From Leidyana gryllorum EB-2025a (taxonomy: Eukaryota > Protista > Apicomplexa), in contig JBLWGC010000109.1 of assembly GCA_048772705.1 (NCBI GenBank), positions 186,001-250,000 of the forward strand: 64,000 nt of DNA, given 5' to 3'. Below are positions 39,101 through 51,100 of this stretch, one piece after another. The number at the start of each line of letters is the position of its first letter. Position 1 is the stretch's first letter. The notes under the pieces were generated by a model. It worked only from the letters and a program-made list of their open reading frames with translations. It did no database searches and was not told where the DNA came from. Made by a program: the position numbers and the translations under genes.

Positions 39101-41121
39101 ACAGATCAGATCAATCACAACAGTGGACCGATCAATCTGATTAAAGCACTGCCACCCATTGGAGACATTGAGACCCTCGACACTTGGCTCAACAGAGAAC
39201 ACCAGATCCAACAACAGAACAAGAAGTCTTCCAGAGCAGCCGTCGCCCGCGTCGTCCGCCAAGCCAACAAGGCGTCCAAACAGGCCTCAAAGAAGGACGG
39301 CGCTGCTGGGGATGAATGGTTCGACCTGTTGGCCAGCGTTGAGTACAACAGTGACGCGACGACCTCAAAGACGGCTGTAGTCGAACTTCCCGTATTTGAA
39401 CCGCAACCAGTTTATGGATTCGAAGAGTACGACAACGACCACATTCATGAGCTCTTCGTCGAAGACGACATTGCCGACGATTCAGCTTCAATGGACACTA
39501 TTTATGGTGCCGGCCACAAGATGACCTCTGGCGGTCTCCCACAGTATGAAGAAAAGGAAACGCTTCTCCAAACTCCACCGACGGCTGCTGATGAGGCTGT
39601 TGCCGAGACTACTGCTGCTGCTGAGACGACTGCTGCTGCTGAGACAGCGGCTGTTGCTGAGACAGCGGCTGTTGCTGAGACAGCGGCTGTTGCTGAGACA
39701 GTGTCGAGTCTGATCGTCACCGATAGTGACGAAGCGGAGATGTTTGAAGGCGCTGCAATTCACGAGTTGGTGTTTGATGACGCCGACCAGGAGGAAGAAG
39801 TCCCCGATAAAGAGGACTTCACTGCAGAAGCAGTAACTGTCGTCGAAGAAGACCCCGCGAACTTTGAGAACGACATTGAAGACGACGATGAATCGTTGGG
39901 TCTGCATGGAGCCTCGGCTGTGATGGTGGATGACAAACAGTTCGAGACTGAAGATTTGACATTGAGCAATTTGAAGACCGTTCCGATTGACGAATTGGAG
40001 AAGGACTTTGGACCTGAAATTATCACCATTCTGTCTGCCGATGAATTGTTGGTGGAGGACTCGTCGGAGTCATCCGTTGGAATTGTTCCGGTTGTACCGA
40101 GCAGAACTCTGCAGAAGAGAAAGAATAGTGGAAACTTGAATCTGGGCAAAGATATCCAGATTGTCGCACCCCGCCAGGCTCAGCCCGTTGATGAAGTGTC
40201 TCCTCCGTCAGCCCACAGTATTGTGACTGGTGGCAGCGGGATGCCTCCTCTGGGAGGCTATCAGTGTCGTGACAGCGTGGAGACACTGTTTACCGATTAC
40301 TTTGACTTCTGGCTGCCACGGGCGAAGTGTGGTGATTTGATCACCACTTTGGGATGTTTCCCTCGGGATTCAACATTACTTCCATTCACCGTTCTTTTGA
40401 ACGCTTGTCCGAAAGCTTGGTAAGTTTCTATATCTCTACACATTCATTTTCACTTTACAATCACAGGACTGCACTATGCAAAGGTTCCACATCCCCTGAT
40501 GAACTTGCGCACCGTTTGAGGCTGTTGGCTGGAGAGGAGGGAATAAGTCTGGATGAGATACCGCAGGCAGGGCTGCCGACCTTCTCGATGGACGAGGCAA
40601 CTTTGGACAAACAGATTGAATCTTTGATTGTCCAATTGCCGAATCCTACGCCATTCTTACCCTTCCGACAGTGTTTGCATGGGGCTTACCTCCGTGAGAC
40701 TCAGCAGTTTACCACCGCGGCTCCGCCTGTGTCCTCTTCTTCGTCTTCGGCGGGTCCAATTGTCAGTCTGAGGCGTCCAACGACGACCACTACACCAGCC
40801 GTCACCCCACCTCCGGTGCCCCGATCGTCGCCCCCACCGCAGGCGGCTGCAGGCAGGGATCAGACAGTCGAGGTCTCACCCCCGGTGGCTGCTGACAAGG
40901 AGGAACCGGCGGCAGCAGCAGTTGACGAGACCGCAACTGATGATGAAATACCAGCAGGCGAGCAGTCGTCTGACGAAACAGTGGATATGGCTGGGAAGGA
41001 GTTGGACGAAACATCTTCTACACCAAAGAAGGAAGGGGGAGATTCTTCTTCTGGAGCCGCGAAGACCTTCTACTTTGCAGGGCTTGTGCTTGCTGGCATT
41101 ATTACTGCAGTGTGGCTGTGA
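36113..41121 (+). CDS. Large predicted GPI-anchored surface protein with Cys-rich ends and internal repeats
   Basis: Short hydrophobic N-terminus MRSGILLWASAWALG; intron near 40420-40467; mucin-like and acidic stalk; C-terminal SSSGAAKTFYFAGLVLAGIITAVWL with no cytoplasmic tail. Confidence 0.75.
39596..39700 (+). repeat. 18-nt coding tandem repeat encoding AETTAA/AETAAV
   Basis: gctgagacagcggctgtt occurs three times exactly, plus degenerate copies. Confidence 0.9.
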
Positions 41122-41143
41122 TGAAGAACCAAAAAACGCCAAT

Positions 41144-42457
41144 CTACTCCGCCACTCGGAGGTATAAGTGTTGGGCAGCATCTCGCAGATCCTCATTTTC
41201 ATCACCCTTCTGGTAGTGCCTTTTGATTCACAAACCAATATACAAATTGAGTCACTCACCAGTTCTGACAAAGCTTCCAACTTTGCGGCAACATTTGTAG
41301 CCTTTATGGCGGCCACGCAATCACTGACTTCTTCGGTATTCGCCATTATGAAGTCGTCGATGTGATATATAGCCTCCAGCTGTAGGAGTGAGTCGAGTCC
41401 AGTTTCAGATCGGCTTCCACCAGGAGGACTGCAAACGGTATCAGAGTGGCAGTCGGGCAAGGCAATGTCACCAATCACTCACATCGACAGTAAATCTACG
41501 AGTGGCTGACATCCGCCAGCGTTCCTGAAGGCCCGTCGAAAACGCACATCTGAGAGAGAGTGTGGCTGGAGAAAGTAAAGTGACTTCGGACTCACCGAGT
41601 ACGTAAATATTTCGAGCCGTCTGTGCAGCGGCTGCTCGGACATCTGGTTTTGGGCGCCGTAGCAACGGTACCAGCTTGTCGAAAATACCAGACTCGAACA
41701 TATCTATGGCCGCCTTAGGAACTGAAAGATCGCCGATCGATCAGTAGATTGGCAGCTCAGCTCAAACACACACTTACAATCGACAGATAGAAAACTAAGC
41801 GCAATGAGAGCGGCATCAGAGCGATCTTCCTCCTGTTTGCCGATAATAATGTGTGTGTGCGCGCGCGCGAAACGGGGAGACACGGCGTACCTTTGATCCT
41901 AATTCTTTAATCAAAGCAGGGATAGCACCTGCGTCGCGTATCTCTTCTTTCTTGGGGGAGCTCTCATTTGAGGCCATAACAGCCAGTTGGATCATTGAGA
42001 GAGCCCCAATGGTGGTGGGCGTTTCGGCCCAGGGGTGCAATTTCGGTCCACTGTTGTCATATTCCTGTGCAGATATTCAGTCGACTGGGATGGGAAGGGT
42101 AATGGGAGCCCTTACGAAGGGTTCAGTGCTCGGAATCAACGATACAAAAGCGGGAATGTCATCCTGATCGAACGCTTTGTCAAATTTGTCGACATCTGTC
42201 TCCCTGTAAAGAAGGTTGTTGTGAGATATATATATATAGAAGCAGCAGCAGATATGTCCGAGACTCACGGGCCTGAGGGAGCGAAGGATGGGTGTTTGGA
42301 GATATTTTCGGCTGCTTACCATTTAAGGTGTCGAGGATAGTTCCTTTGAGTAATGTTCTCGCCGTTGTCTCCTAAAGGTGTAGAAAATGGCAGTATTTGG
42401 GAATGGTGCGGGGGTATATCTTACAGGTCGAGTGCCACAACATTGCAGATTCCCCAT
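41144..42457 (-). CDS. ARO: Armadillo-repeats-only protein (ARO), rhoptry-positioning factor
   Basis: MGNLQCCG N-terminus (G2 myristoylation, CC palmitoylation); LHPWAETPTTIGAL, EIRDAGAI, AALIALSFLSVD, RAAAAQTARNIYVLDVRFRRAF, QLEAIYHIDDFI and C-terminal DLRDAAQHLYLRVAE match remembered Toxoplasma/Plasmodium ARO segments. About ten short exons. Confidence 0.93.
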
Positions 42458-43416
42458 GCTTGCGGCAGTGCCAGCAGGTGAATCGATGAGTTGACTCTTG
42501 AACTTTGAGAGCAGTGAGTGGTCTGACAAATCGCGTGTTCGGGGGGCGACAGTAAGTTGAGACTGTGAATGTGCATGCGTTGTTTGCTCTCATCAGATTT
42601 GATTTCACCTACTTCCGAAGAGTTTGATTTTCTCTTAGTACGACCCTCTTTGTCTGGATTGATCCCAATTATCGATAATGCACGTCTCGCGAAGTGTGGT
42701 TTAGATGTCGGAGGGAGTGGGAGCGGTGGTGGAGGATTCGGTGATGTCAGATTACCATCTTCGTCTGAAGAAGGGTCGCTGAAGCGGGTCAACGGCGCAG
42801 CATTATTAGATTTTAATTCTCCTCCGCCATCACTCGGTAAAATTCGGTTGTAGACAGTCGTATTGTTGCCTTGGGAATGGCGACGAGCATCAGCTGGTGT
42901 CAAAAGCCCACTCTCATTCAAGACCGACGAGTTGCTCTCGCTGATACCCCCTTTCGACAAATTGATGAATCGAGAGGTCGGAGACCTCGCCAAGCCGGGA
43001 GGCAATGAGGCGAATCCCGGACCAGTGAAATTAGTGGAGTGTTTTGCTCTCGAACCACCACCAGCCGCTGAACTCTTCACTAAATTCTCCATACGTGGCG
43101 AACCGTCCACTTGATATGACGGACGCCGTAATTTCGCCGCCCGCCGCCGCTCTTTCGCTTGCGAGCTACTCATTAACCCCGTGCTGTCGTCCAGCGTACT
43201 CACACGACTGTCAGGGGGCCTCGGGGGCAATAACGATGAACGATTCGTACTACACGGCGTAGAACTCGTATCACCACGTGTAAACGACTGCCGAGACCGA
43301 GATGTCACCAATTCGGGAACGAACGACGATGTCTCAGGCTCCGTCACAGCGTGTCCGGATGACCCGTTAGACCCCAGACGGCCCAGAGGTGATGGCCCCG
43401 GGGAATCTGATGACTG
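42421..43416 (-). CDS. Ser/Arg/Pro-rich hypothetical coding exon, gene boundaries unresolved
   Basis: 308-codon ORF with a phase-0 acceptor near 43416. Its 3' end runs into ARO exon 1. Confidence 0.45.
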   Translation of the reverse strand, partial: QSSDSPGPSPLGRLGSNGSSGHAVTEPETSSFVPELVTSRSRQSFTRGDTSSTPCSTNRSSLLPPRPPDSRVSTLDDSTGLMSSSQAKERRRAAKLRRPSYQVDGSPRMENLVKSSAAGGGSRAKHSTNFTGPGFASLPPGLARSPTSRFINLSKGGISESNSSVLNESGLLTPADARRHSQGNNTTVYNRILPSDGGGELKSNNAAPLTRFSDPSSDEDGNLTSPNPPPPLPLPPTSKPHFARRALSIIGINPDKEGRTKRKSNSSEVGEIKSDESKQRMHIHSLNLLSPPEHAICQTTHCSQSSRVNSSIHLLALPQAWGICNVVALDL

Positions 43417-43849
43417 ACAAATGTGCAGCCATTAATCCTTCGAACTCAGAGATACCACCATCATATCGATCATAAGATCACACACACTCATATACACTCA
43501 CGCACACACACTCACACACTCAATACTGCTAAAATTCATCTAGACACCTCAAACACAATATTGAGCCGAGTCGGGTCGACATGGCACGACACGCTCGTTA
43601 CTATCATCGTGCGCGAGCGCTGCAACATGCATGTGCAGTGCTCATCAAATCAACAAGCCGTTTGCATCCGTAAGTTGATGGTGCAAACAGGGTAGTACGC
43701 GATGCAGTCGGCACATTGACGAGCACCACGAGAGCTCGGTGCACGATTAATGTTGCACACTGCACAATGCAGGACCGAACTGATGGTACGGGGGAGGAGC
43801 GCGCATTACTCATTCAATCACTTTACATTGAGAAAACCACACCGTGCAG

Positions 43850-44589
43850 TCAGTCATCACGATCACATTGCCTCACCATAGTTAAACTGGTGCGTAAGGA
43901 ACCACTGCGGTTTCCACTTCCGTAGCCAGAGTGTCGCGTACTGCGACTACCTCCTTCCCGATGCTGTGAATTGTCAGCATCGGTGATTACTAACTTAATG
44001 CTTCTATCAGTAGTAGAGTCCGCCCGCCTAATTCTTCCAACAGCAGCAGAAGGTGGGAGACAATTGCATCCAGGAGGACTGCCGAAGATTCTCGAAAACG
44101 ATAGAGACTCAATGGTCTCGGACCAACGCGAGCTGCTGTCCCTCCCGGCCGGAGAAGCATACCTTTTACCGACTAATAATGTCTCGTCCGTTATCTCTAG
44201 GGAATTCGCCTTTGCATTCAGTCTTGGAAGACTCTCCAGCGCAAGCTCCCCGACCATGGAAGAGTCTAATGCTTCATGCGAATGAGAAGTATTGTAGGAC
44301 CATTGGGCAGAGTGATGTCTCAACCGACGTGCCGTATCCCGAGATGGATCGCGCACCCGGCTCCGGCCGTTACGCCGGACTGAGCTCTTAGTTGAAGTAT
44401 CATGTCCTAACCAATATCCAACAACAAACGTATGTGCTGCGTACTTGGAATGGAGGGGGGGTCAATGGGCGCCGGGAGGTCGGGATTGGTGTTGGGCGGC
44501 GAGTCCCCCCAGTGCTGTTTCTGCTGCTGCTTGCTCGTCCATGGAGGAAAATAGTCTAGGGCTCCCCGTGCGGGATGTCTGTGCTCCAT
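43850..44589 (-). CDS. Hypothetical low-complexity protein (exons of an unresolved gene)
   Basis: ORF 44407-44664 splices in frame (CCA A|gtacgc..ttag|GA CAT) to ORF 43850-44356. Confidence 0.35.
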
Positions 44590-45115
44590 AGATCTTTCGA
44601 CAGCCCTTGGAGCATACGTTCTGCCAATCTGTACCAATCCTTCTCTTCTCCAATTCTGCCTCACCCAATCGCAATAAACAACACTTCACTCGTGCATGTC
44701 CAACAGTGACAGCATTCCCCTCCTTTTTAAAGAAAAAAGGCATTCCCCCGTCGGCAGTATCCTAACTGAAGATTGGCATGGAGCAATCAAACTGGTCCTC
44801 AGCCTCCACCCTTCTGTCGTCCGGCGGACTCGGATCTTCAAGACACACACAACAGCAGCAATCCACCTCCTCCATCCCGCCACTCGTCGTCGCCTCGCCT
44901 TCGGTGGCAGCAACGTCGCTTCCCCCCGCGGTCCCATGTAAGGCAGCTGCAACGGCATCCCCCAACAACGCCCGTCGGCTGGCCAACTCGTATAGGCGAG
45001 CTCTCACGTCCGGTTTGTCCACGCGGTTCACTATCTCGTAGTCCTCGCCGCCCTCTTCTTCCATGTCGACCGTGCGAGCGGTCGCGGGTCCAGAATCACC
45101 TCCAAGATCAAACAT
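44556..45115 (-). CDS. Small hypothetical protein
   Basis: ATG 45115 gives MFDLGGDSG..EDYEIVNRVDKPDVRARLYELA. Downstream exons are only tentatively joined. Confidence 0.35.
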
Positions 45116-45217
45116 GGTGCAGCCAATTCTCAAAAGGGCACCATAACCTTAAGCCAAACTTCCCGCGATTTCGGTGTCGACTGTTCGACGACGCATTTTC
45201 AAAGTAAACTTCCCCCT

Positions 45218-48082
45218 CTACTCCCAGTACTCACCAAAGTCGAGATAGCCTCTCTCGTCGAATTGAAAGGGTTTATTCACACCCACAGCTCGCCGTTGAT
45301 TGCATAATGCCCTTCCGCTAACGATCCAGATCGGCGACGGTCGCAACATCGCTTCCTCCTGCTGCTTCCGAAAAGTCGACACCAACCGACATCGTGTTCG
45401 TTCCACAGCTGCTTTTTCCACCAACCCTTCGTCCGACATCATGGCATCCACCAGTAGATCGGGTGCAGTGGCCACAAAGGTCACCGGCAGTGATGCTCGA
45501 TCAGCAAATTGCGCCACAGCGACGTCCATCTGACATACTGGCACATACACCGGGCACGGAGACGGAGACACACGCGCGCAGCACACACCCTCCGACAAGG
45601 GAGTGACACAGTATTAATAACTTACGGGACTCAATTTCTGCTGGAAAACAATGACAATCCAATCTAAAGTTCCCAATCGCATTGATTGGATCCAGCGATC
45701 GACCGCCATTGACCCATCATAACCCGGGAAGTCCTCGAACAGCAAGTCATAGTGTCCAGGGTGCCGATGAGTCTGTCGCTCATGTGGTTTGTTGACCACC
45801 GCCACTTGTTGATTGAAGGTTCCATTGATTAGAGTTGATTTGCCGATCCCTTTTCGGCCCACAATGCCGACGGTACAAGTATGAGGATTGAGCCATGAAA
45901 CACTGTTCGGGGTGCCCTTCGGGGTAGGTGTGATACTCATAGACGAACCTTTGCCAGGGTGAGTGCTGAAAGACGCTTTCAGAGCTGAGGGCGGGGAAGA
46001 AACACCTTTCATCGATCCTGAAGGGGTGACGATTGTAGGTGTTCGGCTGGGACTGGCGAAGAGGGATGACGCAGACCTTCCTCCCGCTGTCGCTGGTTCA
46101 CTCGGAGTACGTATCCCTGCAGAAGTAGACCCGGGGGAATAAGGTCCTGCTCTATGCCGTCCAGATCCGCAAGCCTCGGCAACTGCGTGGAGTATATACC
46201 AAGTCGCCCGCACATCAGCTTACTGCATGTTTTGAAGTCCTCTTCATCTGCCCGAGGGTAGCCGTCCGGCAATCTCAATATCCTCGCCGTCACTCTGAAG
46301 ACAGCAAAGTCTTCCTGTCGCAACCCTCCTTTGGTCAACGACGACTTGGCATCGGCTGAAGAGCTCATGCTCTTCATTTTCCGGAAGACCGCCCGAGGAC
46401 TCAAATAGCGGGTCTGAGATCCATCACCTGTCGCCGGGCGGGCGTGGGCACAAATGAACCGGATGCCGTATTTCTTGCACTCTTGAGCGACCTTGACGCT
46501 CACTTCCGGAAATTTGCGTGTGTACACCAGGACGACCAGATCCATGGAGGCGAGTTTGTTAGCGAAGTGATCTTTGATCGAATCCTGGGGGAGATCTTCA
46601 GTATCAAAGTAATAGAAAAGAGAGCCCGGATGCTCCGCATGCTTGTAACCGATAGAGGCCGTTATTGTGCGTTCCGTGGTGCTCTTCATACCCAGAAATG
46701 CTTCGAGCAATGTAGCCTTCCCATTAGTGCCCTCTTCTACGAATGCTACGCGTTTGATCGACATTTCAGTCGGCTCATCACAAGCACTGCTGAATCCTCC
46801 AACATGCTGAGAGCTGGAGTTTAAGGGTGGAAGGCAACTGCTTCGGCGCGCCGGATTGCTACTAGAATGATGCGGATCGTAGGCACTTGGTAACGATAAA
46901 GTAGTGTGTTCAGCGCGCGGACGAGGCCCAGGCGGTCGGCCCGCGCGGCGATTTCCCGGAGCCGGGCTCGGTACCAAGCCAGCCCCATCGTCGTTGCTCG
47001 ACCCACAATGACTGCTTGGTGTCAAGCTTCGTTGCATGGATGATCCACCACCATTGGGACTGATCTCCATGCTGCCATGAAGATAAACTCCTGCGATACT
47101 TCGACTAGGAGGATGTTGATTGGTGCCAGGGGTTTGGCTGTTCTTCCGTGACCCAACGGTGCTGCCAGCTACACAGAGGAATACCAGATTGTGGTGGGTG
47201 TCCAGCCCGAGCACTGCTGCTTACCGATCCACAATTCGGTCGAAGGCCCGTTGTTGACGGCAAACTTCTTGTAAATAGCTTCAACTGAAGAGAGCACACA
47301 CGTGCGCGACCGTTGTAACAGTGTCCATACCTTGCATAAGAAAGTCCATTTCATCGAAAATACAATTGGAACTTCGTTTGGCGAGGTCCGGGGATGATAC
47401 TGCATAAACCTGATTGGAAGCAAAGCACATAGATCAGCCTGCCCGAACCGTCCGCGCTTACTTTTCTATCTACCTCTTTCATTTGGAACCACCGCATATC
47501 AGGTCGGTCATTGATAGTCGCCTTCGTTTTGCGGACGGCCTCGCGAGAAGTGGCGCCTTGGAACAGTGTCACTCTCTTCAAAGCCAAGTCAGCTTTCGGG
47601 TGTACAAACAAAACGGGCACATTGCATTCCGTTGCACGAACTGCCACTTCCATGTCAGCCTGAGGAGCAGTTAGTCATTCAGGAGTCGATCCGACCGGTC
47701 TTACATCTTTGACGCAGGCTTGGAAGACGATTACCACAAGATTGAACATCCTGAAGTCTTTCCGGATTCCAATACTGGTAGGAACTTCGTGGAACAGAAC
47801 CTCTTGTAAGACCGGATGGCGGTATTGGCTGCCTTCCGGTCTGAGATCGCGGCCTCCCGCAATATGTATTCCCACAATGGCATTGATCAGACTGGATTTT
47901 CCAGTATCCTTGGCACCAACAAAGGCAATGTTAACAAAACGGCTGAGTTCGTTGTCTCCGCCATCATCTAGAAGGGATCTGGAAGCGAATGAGGACGATT
48001 CGCGATAGGACGAGGATCGGCGGCCCTCTGAAGGGGCACGGCTCGCTCGTCTGTCGATTCTGAATCGGTCTCTGATACCCAT
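45218..48082 (-). CDS. Protein with three tandem IRG/IIGP-like P-loop GTPase domains
   Basis: Domain 1 NIAFVGAKDTGKSSLINAI..YRHP..FVHPKAD..VYAVS..FDE; domain 2 RVAFVEEGTNGKATLLEAF..YKHA; domain 3 VGIVGRKGIGKSTLIN..HRHP..EDFPG..IWIVS..FDE. Six GT-AG introns join all pieces in frame. Confidence 0.75.
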
Positions 48083-48132
48083 ATTCAAGTAGAACAAATC
48101 AAACTTATCCACTAATGAAATGCTATGGACGA

Positions 48133-51100
48133 CTAACAACAACAGTTCATAAGAGACGCCAAGCTTTCCCTCAAAGCAACTCTGATCCGCCTGGGTACGT
48201 CAACGAAAGTTTGACGATCAGCAGCAAACCCTACCCACCTTGAGTCTATTTCCACCAGCGGAGTCAAAATCTGGGCTATTCTGAGTGACCGCATGGACAC
48301 CTCTTTACTGTCACTCTGCCAGCCACAACAGACACCCAACATACGAAGCAGCACCTCAAACCGCTCCAATCCTTCGGCTGAGAGTCTCGGATAACTCGAT
48401 TTGAAGGGTTTGGCCACAATGTTCACCAGCGAGACCAGCCGTCCACTGTTCTCAGCCTGGAAGGGAGTGATGCCACCGATCTCCTGTTGCATCGGCCGCT
48501 CACCTCGATCTGGGCGTCCTTCCGGACTCTGGCCACAACAGTCTCAGTGGCAGCATAGAATTCGTCCAATATAGTGTCCACAATTTCTGAGTCGAGCTCA
48601 CTGGTCGCGGGCTCGTCACGAAGATTGATCGCTCGTGCGAAGGCGCACAAACTGAAGCGCAGAAAGTTGTTTGATTGCCTCTCCACTCTTACGATATATA
48701 GCCACCGAATCGAAGGGGATCTTCGAGACAGCAGTCGGTCTCCTCAACGTGTGTGATCTGTTTGACCGTATTGATCTGCGGCAACAGCAAAAGAACAATG
48801 GGCGTGGGAGAGAGAAAGATTAGTCTGAGAAAGCCCACCATTTCAGACACAATGCTTTTGTGGAGAAGGTTGTGTTGGAGAAGTTGGGTCCACAAGGCAC
48901 AAACTTGCCACACGAAACTCGATCGCATTGCAGCCGCCAGATCAATCAGAGGTTTGGTCGACACACTTCGCGGCTCACAGCCATAATTGAACAAATCTTT
49001 CCCCTTCTCCCATAGCTTCTGGAGAATCACCAATCGCAACTCGTCTGGCACTCTCCGACCCAACTTGTCAAACAACACCAGCCAGTTGTTCTGCATACTA
49101 AAAAGTGTGGCATATGTCACCTCCAGCAGCCGTGGATTCTGATTGTCTGTCCACTGCTCATCCAGAGTCGCTGTAAGACAGCTAGTGGCCTCATTGTATC
49201 GTTTAATGTACTCTTGAATCAAATCCCCCAAAGCATCGCCATCCACATCGCTCTCCAACCACCTTTGGAATGTTTCTTTTTGAGCTCGACTGAGACTCCA
49301 CAACGCACACTGAGCCCAGAAACAACTGATGATGGGACGAGGCTTCGCATTGAGATACTCGCCCCGCACAAAATCGTGTACAAAGTAGTTGGCGAAATAC
49401 TCATTGTGATCGCTGATCAGATTCAAGAATCTTGAACTTGACAAGAATGCGCTCAAAGCCACAAGATTCTGACGAATACCATGAGAGCGGGTCAGAGTAT
49501 TATTCCGCCAATCAGTGGTTTCGGAGAAGCTGGTACCGTTGGGCATTGCTTCGAATGGGTTCGGAACTGGATTCCAGAACACATCATACATCCATTCTGC
49601 AGTCCGGCCGGGAGGCACTGCGTTATATAATTCGTCAATGGAAACACTCGGGACCTCCAGTCCTCGGTAAAACAGTAACGCATCATCGGACAGACAGGGA
49701 GTCACCGTCTGCTGCTCGCTCTTCTCTGCCGTATCGTTGAGCTGCTCATGATCTACTTTGATTTGAGGAGCCCTTATCTCCAGACCGAACAGTCCCGTCA
49801 CAAGCCTCAGGAACAGTTCTGTAGTCCTAGCCGGCCACCTTTGAGCTTTACTTTCGGGCGAAGAAGCAATTTTGCGTAATTGAACGACATCACCACCCTC
49901 CCGTCGGTTAGAGTCAACACTGCTCTGGTGTCCAAACTTACACAGGCCATCCGCCAAGCCGTCCAGATGCATGTTTGCGGTGGCATTGTAGGCCACGGGA
50001 CTGTGGACACACGTGTGTGCTGATGCGGATTGCACTACTCTGGAACTTACAGGGTCAATTTATCCGGCTGACATTCATTCGCGAAGAACTCGCGTTCTTT
50101 GTTCAGTGAAATCAAATAATCCTCCAATAGATGGGTTGCATTGACATGTGACCCCTCCTGCGACCATTCCAAGATCTTGCACAATGTCAAACTGATCGCC
50201 GAAGATCTTTGTGGGGTCAGCACTGCTATCACATCCAGCAGAACCTTGTCGGAAGATTGTCCGTTCAGCGTAGCCGATGTGGAGGGGCTGCTGTCCCCCG
50301 GCGCGGACGAATTTTCCATGTGACTGGCTGTGAGCTGTGCCATAGCTTGTGGTCTCACACGTCTGCAGGTACTGAACCAGCGGCGACAGGCGTCATAGGT
50401 CTCTTGATTGATCTTCTTGTTGTAGCTGACCCACTGCTTCATCAGTCTGTCACGATAGATAACAGGAGCTTCGTGGACGATCAAGTTCATATCCTGTTCC
50501 AAAGCGATTGCCGCTTGCAGCAATGGTATCACGGCATTGCTGGAGGAAGAACCCTTGGATGAGTCACTTTCATTAGGAGGCGCTGTGTTGGACGGCGGCA
50601 TGTCGCAAGTCTTGATGATCTCTTCCTCGACTTTCTTTTGAGCCTCGGCGTAGAGCGCCGCATGACGATGTGCCAAGCGTTCCATCACCGGCTCGCAGAC
50701 TTGACTGTAAAACATTTCACGTCTTTGGTCATCCCAGGCAGAGCTTCGGAGCGACAACAACGTATTGAGACTTTTGGCGCCTGCATATCGCGTGGCCGGA
50801 GCGTCAGCCTCGATGAGTCGTGCCACCCAAGTACATAGTTCATACGTCAGTTCTTCGATGGAGCAGGGAACGCATCGCCAGCTGCCGAAGAGTGGCCACG
50901 GCAGATCGCAGGAGCCACCGGCCGAGGCTCCTCCGACCTCCGTTGCGACTGGCACAAAAACCATGTCATGCCCTCTCTCGAACCAGAGTGATGATGCGTT
51001 ATCCACTTGGGTCCATTGAGGATTGTTGGGATACTCGATGAGACCATCGCAGACTTGCCACACCAGCGCCAAAGCTTGGAGAGGTACGACCCCACGGCGT

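Noticed and set aside
44835-44865. CCCCVCLED as the start of a RING finger
   Set aside because: No convincing downstream Cys/His ligands in frame. The TG-rich stretch may be intronic.
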